From NCBI GenBank assembly GCA_964430945.1, contig CAYSHH010000005.1, positions 334-64,333 on the forward strand: DNA of 64,000 bases, in the 5' to 3' direction. Positions 41,052-50,003 of this stretch are shown here, in pieces (the stretch's first letter is position 1; each line of letters begins with the position of its first letter). The position numbers and the translations under genes are program-made. This DNA is from an uncultured Candidatus Saccharibacteria bacterium (GTDB lineage: Bacteria; Patescibacteriota; UBA1384; JAMDBS01; CAYSHH01). The notes beneath the pieces are model-generated. The model was not told the origin of the DNA and ran no database searches. It saw nothing but the letters and a program-made list of their open reading frames with translations.

Positions 41052-42599
41052 CTATTTCTGATTGAATATCTCATCTCTAAACATAAAATACCCAACTGAG
41101 GCAATAATAGCCATAGCAATCAGAATATTAAACCAAAGCGATGCGCCCGTAGAAACAAGTTGAGAAATATTGGAGATATCCGACTGAGATGAACTGGATG
41201 ATGAAGGTATGTTTGTTGATGGAGACCCTGTAGTATTACTTGAGGATGACTGGTTACCAACTGTACTATTTGCTGTGTTGTTGCTTGAATTATTTTGATT
41301 TGTCGAATTTGAAGAAGAATCTGACCCTGCATTCGGATTGAATACCTTATAAGGTGCAATCTGTTTAGTAATATGATAAAGAGGTTTCACAGAATAATTC
41401 TTGTCATAAATAATATGAGAAATATTATTTTTATCAATGACCAATTGAATGTCACTATTTTTTGTCATATTGTCAATATTTTCAGTTTCTGTTTTCCAAG
41501 AACTACCATTAAAATACTTATATTTCATGCCTGAATTTTGGACGTATGCAATATGGGGATTTCCTGACATATCAAGCGCCATAGATACACCTCTATCAGT
41601 ATCGTAGATCGCATCATCAAGGACCAATTCATTTTTCCAACTACCATCTTTATTTGTCAAATAATAATAGTCTTGATGCCAAGCACCATTTTTTTTGGTC
41701 TGCTTAGATACCAATATATGCATATGATTATTTGAATCAACCAAGGGATTACCAATCATCAGTAAACTCCCCATATCAACATCTGTTGAATTTGTTGCAA
41801 GCTTAAAGTCATTATAATCAAACACCTGAGGTTTCCAATTATCAGCAGCAGAATATATAGCAAAAGCTTCGCTTGAAAATTGATTTCCAGTATTCAAATA
41901 ATAATCGGCAATGTCAATATTATCTGAATGATCAACTGTCATTCTGGCAGCCGAGCTAGCTTCTACATTATCTAGAATGTTTTTTGTTTTCCATGACCCG
42001 TTATCTTCATACAATATGGAATATTTTCTCGTTTTGCTATTGTAAAGAAGCGCATATAATTCATTTTTTGAGTTGACCTGCATTTGATTATTGGATCTAT
42101 TTACCAAACTCTCAGATTCTCCGATAGGAATATCTTCATTAGTCCAATTTTTCCCGTCATAAAAATAATGCTTAATACTAGTAGCTTGATAGTCTTGCGT
42201 TAAAATATGTAGATTACCTTCCTGATCAACAATAGGCGCGAATCTTTGTGTATTGCTTGCCGGACTAACCAATGGTACTTCCTTACGAAGCCAACCAGAA
42301 GAATTTCTCGTCAAATAATCTGCCGTAATTGATACCGACGAGGAATCGGTTGCGGAGACATTTACGTCTCGGCAAACGAGATTTAACACATTATTTGGAT
42401 TTACATTAAATGTTTTAGTATCAAGAAAATAACAATCGCCCACATTTTCAGATGTCCATTGGTCGGAAGATGCAACATCAGCACTAATTTTTGAGTTTTC
42501 GTTTTGAAAATAATAGACAACTATTGCGATAGAAAGAAAAACAATAGAAATCAATGCAAGAAACAGTAGCCTATTTTTTATACTAATTTGCTTGAACAT
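41052..42599 (-). CDS. secreted beta-propeller-like repeat protein with a C-terminal LVSTG sorting signal
   Basis: N-terminal signal/anchor. Repeated DG(S/K)xWKxE Asp-box-like motifs. S/N-rich linker, then QLVSTGASLWFNILIAMAIIASVGYFMFRDE. Confidence 0.65.
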   Translation of the reverse strand: MFKQISIKNRLLFLALISIVFLSIAIVVYYFQNENSKISADVASSDQWTSENVGDCYFLDTKTFNVNPNNVLNLVCRDVNVSATDSSSVSITADYLTRNSSGWLRKEVPLVSPASNTQRFAPIVDQEGNLHILTQDYQATSIKHYFYDGKNWTNEDIPIGESESLVNRSNNQMQVNSKNELYALLYNSKTRKYSILYEDNGSWKTKNILDNVEASSAARMTVDHSDNIDIADYYLNTGNQFSSEAFAIYSAADNWKPQVFDYNDFKLATNSTDVDMGSLLMIGNPLVDSNNHMHILVSKQTKKNGAWHQDYYYLTNKDGSWKNELVLDDAIYDTDRGVSMALDMSGNPHIAYVQNSGMKYKYFNGSSWKTETENIDNMTKNSDIQLVIDKNNISHIIYDKNYSVKPLYHITKQIAPYKVFNPNAGSDSSSNSTNQNNSSNNTANSTVGNQSSSSNTTGSPSTNIPSSSSSSQSDISNISQLVSTGASLWFNILIAMAIIASVGYFMFRDEIFNQK

Positions 42600-42609
42600 T
42601 TTACTCCTA

Positions 42610-43926
42610 TTATTTACCGTTTATTTCTTTTCTAAACATAAAGTAACCAATACCACCGATTAAGAGTAATGCAAGAAGTATATTAAACCAAAGTGATGCG
42701 CCGGTAGATACCAATTTGGTAACTTTTGTTATTGGTGTATCCGAATTAGAGTTGTCGATTACTGGTGTAGTACAAGCACTTACCATTGTCTCCATCTGAT
42801 CAGAAGCCTTTGATTCAACACCTGCACTATCGTGGGCAATTACATAATAACAAGCTGTTACATTGCAGTCTTCACTACTTTGGATATCGGATGTTTGATC
42901 TAGAGTATAAGATGTTTGATCTGTAGAAGTGATGTATGTTCCAGAACAATTATAAATATCATATCCACTAGCATCATCTACTTTATTCCAAGAAATAGTT
43001 ACATTTTGACCATCATACTCTATTTGTGTATTTTCTGGTTTCTTCGTGCTTATATCAGTAACTATATTTTTGCATTGGCCAGTTGTGACCGTAACGGTGT
43101 CTGAAGGATTGGATCCATAGCCCTGTTCATTTATTGCTGTAACATGAAAGGAATAATCTGTCTCACATTTTAGTCCGCTAATAGTATAGGAATTGGAATC
43201 GGCTGTGGCGATCCAGGAAACTTCGTCAGCGTTATAAATACCATAACTAGTTGCAGTGGTTACAGCATCCCAAGAGAGTTTAACGCTGTCGCTAGTTACT
43301 TCGGAAGATTTAAGATTGGTTGGCGGATTGGGTTTATTTATTGTAGGACTTGGGCTAGGAGTCGGAGTCGGGATTGCGGTCGTAGCCGTAGTCGTAGGAG
43401 TAGTAGTGGTAGGAACCGAAGTCGTAGTTGTAGGGGCAGTTGTAGTTGGGGTTGATATCGTACATTGAGTAGCTCTTTTTTCTCCTAATAGAGTATTTTT
43501 GCCAGTAGAAGTAACGTGCCCAATTACTCTGTAATTCCACCCATGTGGATCGTGTGGACCAAAACTACAATAAGTCGACGTTTGGCGATAACAGTTCGGA
43601 CATGTTCCACCATATATCTGATTGCAAGTTTGATCAGTAGGACTAATATTTACCCAACCGTTGTCTGTATTTGCATATGATGTTCCAGCATATACTTTGA
43701 ATGAATAAAGGTCATAATTGGTAGCTCCTTTTACATAGGTCAATTTATCAATTTGTTTATTATCAGATCGAGAACAAACGGAATCAACTGTAAGGATTGA
43801 AACTGGTACTGGGTTAGCCCAGATACTTATACGTCCTGTTTGATTGCCCCATACTAAAAACGCAAACCCAAGAATCACAATCGCGATAAGTATTAGCATG
43901 GTAATTTTAAAACCTTTTTTTGTCAT
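42610..43926 (-). CDS. surface protein with Cys-rich module, Thr/Pro linker, two FN3-like domains and a C-terminal LVSTG sorting signal
   Basis: FN3-like LSWDAV...YGIYN...GLKCETDYSFHVTAIN. C-terminus KLVSTGASLWFNILLALLLIGGIGYFMFRKE. N-terminal motif WGNQTGRISIWAN. Confidence 0.65.
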   Translation of the reverse strand: MTKKGFKITMLILIAIVILGFAFLVWGNQTGRISIWANPVPVSILTVDSVCSRSDNKQIDKLTYVKGATNYDLYSFKVYAGTSYANTDNGWVNISPTDQTCNQIYGGTCPNCYRQTSTYCSFGPHDPHGWNYRVIGHVTSTGKNTLLGEKRATQCTISTPTTTAPTTTTSVPTTTTPTTTATTAIPTPTPSPSPTINKPNPPTNLKSSEVTSDSVKLSWDAVTTATSYGIYNADEVSWIATADSNSYTISGLKCETDYSFHVTAINEQGYGSNPSDTVTVTTGQCKNIVTDISTKKPENTQIEYDGQNVTISWNKVDDASGYDIYNCSGTYITSTDQTSYTLDQTSDIQSSEDCNVTACYYVIAHDSAGVESKASDQMETMVSACTTPVIDNSNSDTPITKVTKLVSTGASLWFNILLALLLIGGIGYFMFRKEINGK

Positions 43927-44300
43927 AGCCCTCCTAAAAATATATTATTTAATACATAAATCCCAAACAAATACGATGCAAGGTTACATAAAAATGAAGA
44001 AATAAAAGATTGTTTCCAATCTATTTTTAAGAAAAAATAGTAAAATATTGCTTCTACGATAAATACTATAATCTCTGAAGATACCACATATACCATATAA
44101 TTCTCACTAAATACTACCGGAAAAATAAACCAGACATACGGAAGTGTAGCAGCACTAATTAATCCAGCAAGAACGATCATTGCAGTAGGAACCTTCTCCT
44201 TACCAAGCCTGTATAGATACCGAACAGTAAGGAGAAGTATAATCATCTCAATAATTATTGTAAAAGATAGATAGATGAAAAATATATATTCGTATTTCAT
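43923..44300 (-). CDS. small polytopic membrane protein embedded in the sortase locus
   Basis: 125 aa with 4 TM helices. 4-nt overlap with the downstream gene. Confidence 0.5.
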   Translation of the reverse strand: MKYEYIFFIYLSFTIIIEMIILLLTVRYLYRLGKEKVPTAMIVLAGLISAATLPYVWFIFPVVFSENYMVYVVSSEIIVFIVEAIFYYFFLKIDWKQSFISSFLCNLASYLFGIYVLNNIFLGGL

Positions 44301-44305
44301 ATTTT

Positions 44306-46099
44306 TTAAGAATTATTGTGAATTTCGCGTCTGAAGATTATATAACCGACACAACCGGTTATAACTAGTGCAAGAAGAATATTAAACCACAAAGATGCAC
44401 CGGTAGATACCAATGAAGTGACTGTATTGGAAACCGTGGCACAACTCTCCGTATCAACATTTATTTTATCTGAAGGTTGTGATTGACTCGAATCGTTGTG
44501 AGCAACTACATAATAACAAAGTGTTTGCCCGCAAGATAAACCACTAAAGTTTGCGGAAGTACTGTCAGTTGAATGTATATAATCTCCGTTACAATTGTAA
44601 ATATCGTAACCAGTCGCACCTTCTACGGCATCCCAGGAAAGTGTCGCTAGGCCATCACCATGATATGTGAGAGATATATTCTCTGGCTTTTCGTTAGAAA
44701 TATCAGAACCTGTTTGACAAGCAGTGGTTGTCGCAGATGCTGTGCTAGATGGATTAGATTCTTCATTTCCAATACCAGCCGTTACATAATAGCTATATTC
44801 TGTGTTGCATTTGAGTCCTTTAGCAGTCCATGTAGTATTTGATGATTCTACTGTTGCGATCAAAATATTGTTGTCTGCATTGTAGATATTGTAGTATCCC
44901 TCACCTGATTCTAGAGCCGCGTCCCAAGTAAGCTTAATTTCAGTATTGCTAGTTCCTTGAGCAGTGACATTTGTTGGAGCAGTAGGTGTAGAGATAGTAT
45001 ATGAAGGTGTCGGAGAAACATTAGAACATCCAAGACTTGGCGCATCAACAGTATCAGTTACTGATGAGTCAAAGTAGTTAATAGCTTTGTATTTTACCCC
45101 GTTGATACTTGGATATTGATGATTGGTTGTGCTACCGGATGCTGCATGGAGAGGAATAAAACCATTAGTATTCGGTGATTCCATATATAATTCTATTGTG
45201 GCTGAATTTTCGCCAGTCCAACTAAGATAATTAATTTGCTCACCAATATCACCGACGCATTCTGATCTATCAAGACTTAAATCAATTGAATAATTTTGAG
45301 TAGGTGTAGTTGTAGTTGGAGTAGTTGTGGTTGGGGTAGTTGTAGTTGGAGTAGTTGTGGTTGGGGTAGCAGAGCCATAGCATCCTTTTTGAGTGTCACA
45401 TTGTGGTCTACTTGGGTCACTACATGTATAAGGACCATCCCATTTATAACAACCGTTTACTAATCTGCAAGATTGATATTGAGTATTATTTATACATTTA
45501 ATATTAAGTGGGTAATTTGAATCTCCTTGAGTACATTCATTGGTGCAAGTAGTGCTTGTTGGATTGGTGGTTGACGTTGTAGTTGGATTGGTGCTAGAGC
45601 AAGCACTAGTAGACGTGGCTTCTGCAATTACATGCGTGCATGATTCGCTACCAGCACACTGCGTCCTTCCAAATTGATATCCGACTACTCTGTATTTGGT
45701 AGATTTTGGAGTACCTATATCAACACTGTATCGAAAACTAGAATTATTTATAGTCGTATAATTCTTAGTTTGTCCAACCCATTTACCATTTTCATATTTT
45801 TCCAACCAATATTCGCTTGGTTTTGGAACAATAGTTGTATAATTGACCAATATATTATCGGCTTGATTTGTTCCATTTTGCCTACAGTATGAAGTTATAC
45901 ATATACTACCATAAGTACCAGATTTACATATTGGATTGGTAACTGTATCTGCATTTGCCCACAATCCAATCCTACCCGTCTGATTGGCCCAAATGAGTAT
46001 TGATAGACTAACCAAAATAATTCCTAAAATTATTAGGAATATTGTTTTAGATCTTTTGTTGGCAAAAACATCTTTATGCCAAACAGAGTTCTTATTCAT
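44306..46099 (-). CDS. surface protein, paralog of 42610..43926
   Basis: N-terminal motif WANQTGRIGLWAN. Cys-rich module. FN3-like domains (LTWDAA...YNIYN; LSWDAVEGATGYDIYNC). C-terminus SLVSTGASLWFNILLALVITGCVGYIIFRRE. RBS AAGGAGGG upstream. Confidence 0.65.
   Translation of the reverse strand: MNKNSVWHKDVFANKRSKTIFLIILGIILVSLSILIWANQTGRIGLWANADTVTNPICKSGTYGSICITSYCRQNGTNQADNILVNYTTIVPKPSEYWLEKYENGKWVGQTKNYTTINNSSFRYSVDIGTPKSTKYRVVGYQFGRTQCAGSESCTHVIAEATSTSACSSTNPTTTSTTNPTSTTCTNECTQGDSNYPLNIKCINNTQYQSCRLVNGCYKWDGPYTCSDPSRPQCDTQKGCYGSATPTTTTPTTTTPTTTTPTTTTPTQNYSIDLSLDRSECVGDIGEQINYLSWTGENSATIELYMESPNTNGFIPLHAASGSTTNHQYPSINGVKYKAINYFDSSVTDTVDAPSLGCSNVSPTPSYTISTPTAPTNVTAQGTSNTEIKLTWDAALESGEGYYNIYNADNNILIATVESSNTTWTAKGLKCNTEYSYYVTAGIGNEESNPSSTASATTTACQTGSDISNEKPENISLTYHGDGLATLSWDAVEGATGYDIYNCNGDYIHSTDSTSANFSGLSCGQTLCYYVVAHNDSSQSQPSDKINVDTESCATVSNTVTSLVSTGASLWFNILLALVITGCVGYIIFRREIHNNS
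45301..45366. repeat. 30-bp tandem repeat (about 2.2 copies), coding
   Basis: gtagttgtagttggagtagttgtggttgggg x2, encoding (TTTTP)n on the minus strand. Confidence 0.7.
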
Positions 46100-46430
46100 A
46101 ACCCTCCTTATATAGTAGAAATAGTTAATTTAATCAGATCTACTACTTATTAATTTTTAAAAAATATTCTTATATTTATTGCCATTGAAATACGTGTGCA
46201 AACATTGATAAATACTATAAAATTTTCACAAGAGTGAATTTATGTACTACTTATTATTAAATCAAACACTATAATATATAACAAGAGGAAAACTCTTGAT
46301 AGTGACTTGGAAAAGCTAAATCATTCTGATTGATTAATGGGCACAAGGATTTGGAAAATAAAGAAAATTGGGAGTTAATTGTTGTATAAATCAATTATTA
46401 TCTTATTTACCGATTGGTAGGACAGTGGCT

Positions 46431-47474
46431 TTACTCCGCATATCCAACGAAACGAGCCCGCACTATCAAACGTCGTTCGCTTGTGCCTACCGGGACACAT
46501 GTCATTAAAGTAACAATGTGTTCGCTAGTGTCTTGTTTTACCACATCAACATTTTCTGGTGCAACCTCTGTTTTATCATAAACTTCATAGACATAAACTT
46601 TATCATTATATCCGATAACTACCTTGTCTCCGACATTTATATACGGAAGTGTAGCAAATATACTATGGTATTGTCCTGGATCCCAACTATAATACGATGA
46701 ATGTCCCGATATAAATACATTCCCAGTATTATTTTCCAATCCCTCTCCAGGCTTAGCTGTGCCAAGATAATGAGCTACCCCGTTTTGTAGGCTAGCAAGC
46801 ATACTATTTTCGTCAACAGATGAATCCCAAACTATCGGACATTGTATTCCAAGCGAGGGTACGGATAGTTGATTATTTAGAGTATTTTGAGCAACATAAG
46901 TGCTTTCGTCAGAAGTACTAAAATTTTCTTCTTGGGGAGCTTCTTCAGTTACCACTTCGTCTTTTTTCTCTTCTGGAAATTCAACGACCTTGGGGTCTGG
47001 ATATTCAATAATAATTGGCAAAAATAATAGACCATCATCGTTTTTATAAAAAACAGCGACTTTGGCAGTCTTTTGATCATTAGAGTATTCAATGACATCT
47101 GAATCATTCTCCTGAAATGTGGCTCTAGCGCTCAAGGCATCAAAATTTACAACAATATATATTACTATAAGTGATAAGATCATTGTAATAAAAATTATCG
47201 CAACAGTTTTCAATAAACTAGATTTTTTATACTTCTCATCTTTTTTATTGTGATTTGTTGTCGTAGAACTAGTATTGATGATTTCTTGAACTGGTGCTCT
47301 ATCTTTATGATTAGAAATCGATACCGACTTATCAAAATTTATCTTTGGTTTTGACGGAATAAAAACAGGCTTATTCTTGTGTTTTGTAGGGTTAGGTCTC
47401 AACACTTCAGCATCAACAACATCGGTGTTGATATCGTGTGGTTTTTCTATTTTTGGAGAATATTTATATTCCAT
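46431..47474 (-). CDS. sortase-family transpeptidase (second copy)
   Basis: ISGHSS, TLMTC and RLIVRA motifs. N-terminal TM helix. Confidence 0.8.
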   Translation of the reverse strand: MEYKYSPKIEKPHDINTDVVDAEVLRPNPTKHKNKPVFIPSKPKINFDKSVSISNHKDRAPVQEIINTSSTTTNHNKKDEKYKKSSLLKTVAIIFITMILSLIVIYIVVNFDALSARATFQENDSDVIEYSNDQKTAKVAVFYKNDDGLLFLPIIIEYPDPKVVEFPEEKKDEVVTEEAPQEENFSTSDESTYVAQNTLNNQLSVPSLGIQCPIVWDSSVDENSMLASLQNGVAHYLGTAKPGEGLENNTGNVFISGHSSYYSWDPGQYHSIFATLPYINVGDKVVIGYNDKVYVYEVYDKTEVAPENVDVVKQDTSEHIVTLMTCVPVGTSERRLIVRARFVGYAE

Positions 47475-47557
47475 ATTAGTATTATATATTTTTTTAATTT
47501 ATTAATCTAAATATATATCTGTAAAACATGTTTATAATATGGTACAATCAGATAATT

Positions 47558-49315
47558 ATGAATCCTATAAATATTCGAAATTTTTGTATTATTGCTCATG
47601 TAGATCACGGGAAATCAACTTTAGCTGATAGAATGCTTGAGATTACAAATACCGTAGAAAAGAAAAAGATGAAATCTCAATATCTTGATCAAATGGACCT
47701 AGAACGTGAGAGAGGAATTACGATTAAATTGCAGCCAGTAAGAATGTTTTATGATAATAATGGTGAAAATTATATTTTTAATTTGATTGATACTCCAGGA
47801 CATGTTGATTTTTCTTACGAGGTTTCTCGAAGCTTGGCAGCTGTAGAAGGCGCAATTCTTTTAGTTGATGCTACAAAGGGAATACAAGCACAAACTTTGG
47901 CTAATTTATATCAAGCAATTGATCAAAATTTAGATATTATTCCGGTAATCAATAAAATTGATCTTCCAAATGCTCAGATTGAAGAGACGAAAGATGAAAT
48001 AAATAAATTATTGGGTACAAAAAAAGAAGATATTCTGGAAATATCTGCAAAGACTGGTGAAAATGTGGAAACTATTTTTCCGGAAATTATAAAAAACGTA
48101 AGACCTCCAAAACTTTGTGACGATCAACCATTAAAAGCTTTGATATTTGATTCGCTTTACGACGAATATAGAGGGGTAGTGGCATACATTAAAGTATTGG
48201 AAGGAAAATTATCATCAAACGAAAAAATTCATCTTATTGCGTCATCCGAAGACGATAGGGCACTTGAAGTTGGGTATTTTTCACCACAATATACGAAAAA
48301 AGATACATTGGGATCTGGTGAAATTGGTTATGTAATAACTGGTTTTAAGGATGTTAGATTCTGTAAAGTTGGCGATACAATTATTAGTTCAAGTCATTAC
48401 TTGGAAAGCTTGAAATCTAAAAATCCAGTAACTCCCCTCAAGGGATATAAAAAAGTAAAATCAATGGTTTTTGCTCAATTTTATTCTCGTAATGGCGAAG
48501 TTGACAAGCTAAGAGACGCACTAGATAAGCTTTCATTGAATGATTCTGCACTTAGCTTTGAGGCAACAAATTCACATGTATTCGGTATGGGATTCGAATG
48601 TGGGTTTTTAGGACTACTTCATCTTGAGATAATCAAAGAAAGACTCCTAAGAGAATATGGTCTTGATCTTATTATTACCTCCCCTAGGGTAGAGTACAAA
48701 ATAGAAAAAATTAGCAACAAAACTATTTACTCTGAGCCGTGGGTAAAGCTTGAAGTTATTACTCCACAAAAATACATTGGCGCGATAATTGATATCACTA
48801 TAAGTATAAGAGGACAATATAGGGCTACTGAATATATCGGTGATCGAGCGGTAATAACGTTTGACGCACCATTGGCTAACATTGTGACCAATTATTATGA
48901 TCGACTAAAAAGCGTATCAGCAGGTTATGCATCATTAAATTATGATTTTTTAGAGTATAGAGAAGAAGATCTTGTTAAAATGGATATTCTCATCGCTGGA
49001 GATAAATATGAGAACTTATCTCAAATAGTTCACAGAAATGAACTGCTGCCACGTGCAAAAAATGTTGTTAAAAAATTAAAAGATCTTTTACCTAAACAAA
49101 CATTTAAGGTTATAATTCAGGCCGCACATGGAGGAAAGGTTGTTGCTAGAGAAAATATTGGAGCACTCAAAAAAGATGTTACAGGACATTTATATGGTGG
49201 CGATGTATCTCGAAAAAATAAATTATTGAAAAAACAAGCAGCGGGCAAAAAAAGAATGCAAATGATGGGTAAAGTAGATATCCCGACAGACGTATTTATA
49301 AAGTTATTGAAATAA
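47558..49315 (+). CDS. lepA: elongation factor 4 (LepA)
   Basis: AHVDHGKSTL, DTPGHVDF and NKIDL motifs plus the LepA-specific C-terminal domain. Start set at MNPINIRNF. Confidence 0.93.
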   Translation: MNPINIRNFCIIAHVDHGKSTLADRMLEITNTVEKKKMKSQYLDQMDLERERGITIKLQPVRMFYDNNGENYIFNLIDTPGHVDFSYEVSRSLAAVEGAILLVDATKGIQAQTLANLYQAIDQNLDIIPVINKIDLPNAQIEETKDEINKLLGTKKEDILEISAKTGENVETIFPEIIKNVRPPKLCDDQPLKALIFDSLYDEYRGVVAYIKVLEGKLSSNEKIHLIASSEDDRALEVGYFSPQYTKKDTLGSGEIGYVITGFKDVRFCKVGDTIISSSHYLESLKSKNPVTPLKGYKKVKSMVFAQFYSRNGEVDKLRDALDKLSLNDSALSFEATNSHVFGMGFECGFLGLLHLEIIKERLLREYGLDLIITSPRVEYKIEKISNKTIYSEPWVKLEVITPQKYIGAIIDITISIRGQYRATEYIGDRAVITFDAPLANIVTNYYDRLKSVSAGYASLNYDFLEYREEDLVKMDILIAGDKYENLSQIVHRNELLPRAKNVVKKLKDLLPKQTFKVIIQAAHGGKVVARENIGALKKDVTGHLYGGDVSRKNKLLKKQAAGKKRMQMMGKVDIPTDVFIKLLK

Positions 49316-49376
49316 TTAATAGTTGTAAATTGACGATTGGTCTATTGCTTAGTTACTGTTTTTCCACAGTTTTGAA

Positions 49377-49430
49377 TTGACAATATTTTCAAATAATAAT
49401 AATATTGATGTAATTTGACCGATCGGTCAA
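49377..49430 (+). promoter_or_regulatory. promoter with a perfect 16-bp TetR-type operator palindrome
   Basis: TTGACA (49377-82), 17 nt, TAATAT (49400-05). TTGACCGATCGGTCAA (49415-30) is perfectly self-complementary, ~25 bp upstream of the TetR ATG. Confidence 0.6.
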
Positions 49431-49455
49431 AATTTATTCTTAATTTGGTTATTAA

Positions 49456-49989
49456 ATGAAAAAAAGACAAACTAAAAAAATAATACTTGAAAAATCACTT
49501 GATATTTTTATTAAAAATTCTTTTTTCAGCGTGTCAATGCAAGATTTGGCTAATGCCCTCGACATCAAAAAATCATTAATCTATTATTATTTTGAAAGTA
49601 AATCTAAACTTTATCAGGAAGCGGTTTTTCAATATTTAGATAATATTGTAAATAAATTTGAAATAATATTTTCAAACAAATTTACTGCCTCGGAAAAGAT
49701 AAGTCAACTTTCGGAGCTTTATCTCAAAGAACTTGAAAAAGAGCATTCAATATTATCAGGAAATATTGACTACAATAAACTAGATAAATCAATTATGAAT
49801 GTAATTAGTAAAACACAAAAAAGAATCGTTGGCTATTTCGAGTCAATAATTTCAGAGGGTATTAAAAAGGGTGAATTTAAAAACCTTGACCCTAAAAAAT
49901 CGTCTTTAGCTATGATTGGATATATAGAAAAAAATAAACAATATAATAACAAACTGGAAAAGAACTGGTTTGATTTTTTATTAAAATAA
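49456..49989 (+). CDS. TetR-family transcriptional regulator
   Basis: N-terminal HTH LEKSLDIFIKNSFFSVSMQDLANALDIKKSLIYYYFESKSKLY. Confidence 0.8.
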   Translation: MKKRQTKKIILEKSLDIFIKNSFFSVSMQDLANALDIKKSLIYYYFESKSKLYQEAVFQYLDNIVNKFEIIFSNKFTASEKISQLSELYLKELEKEHSILSGNIDYNKLDKSIMNVISKTQKRIVGYFESIISEGIKKGEFKNLDPKKSSLAMIGYIEKNKQYNNKLEKNWFDFLLK

Positions 49990-50003
49990 TGAAGGGAATT
50001 TAA

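Noticed and set aside
45290-45370. Possible CRISPR-like short repeats
   Set aside because: The repeats are in-frame coding tandem repeats (TTTTP linker) with no unique spacers. No CRISPR array or cas genes are present in the window.
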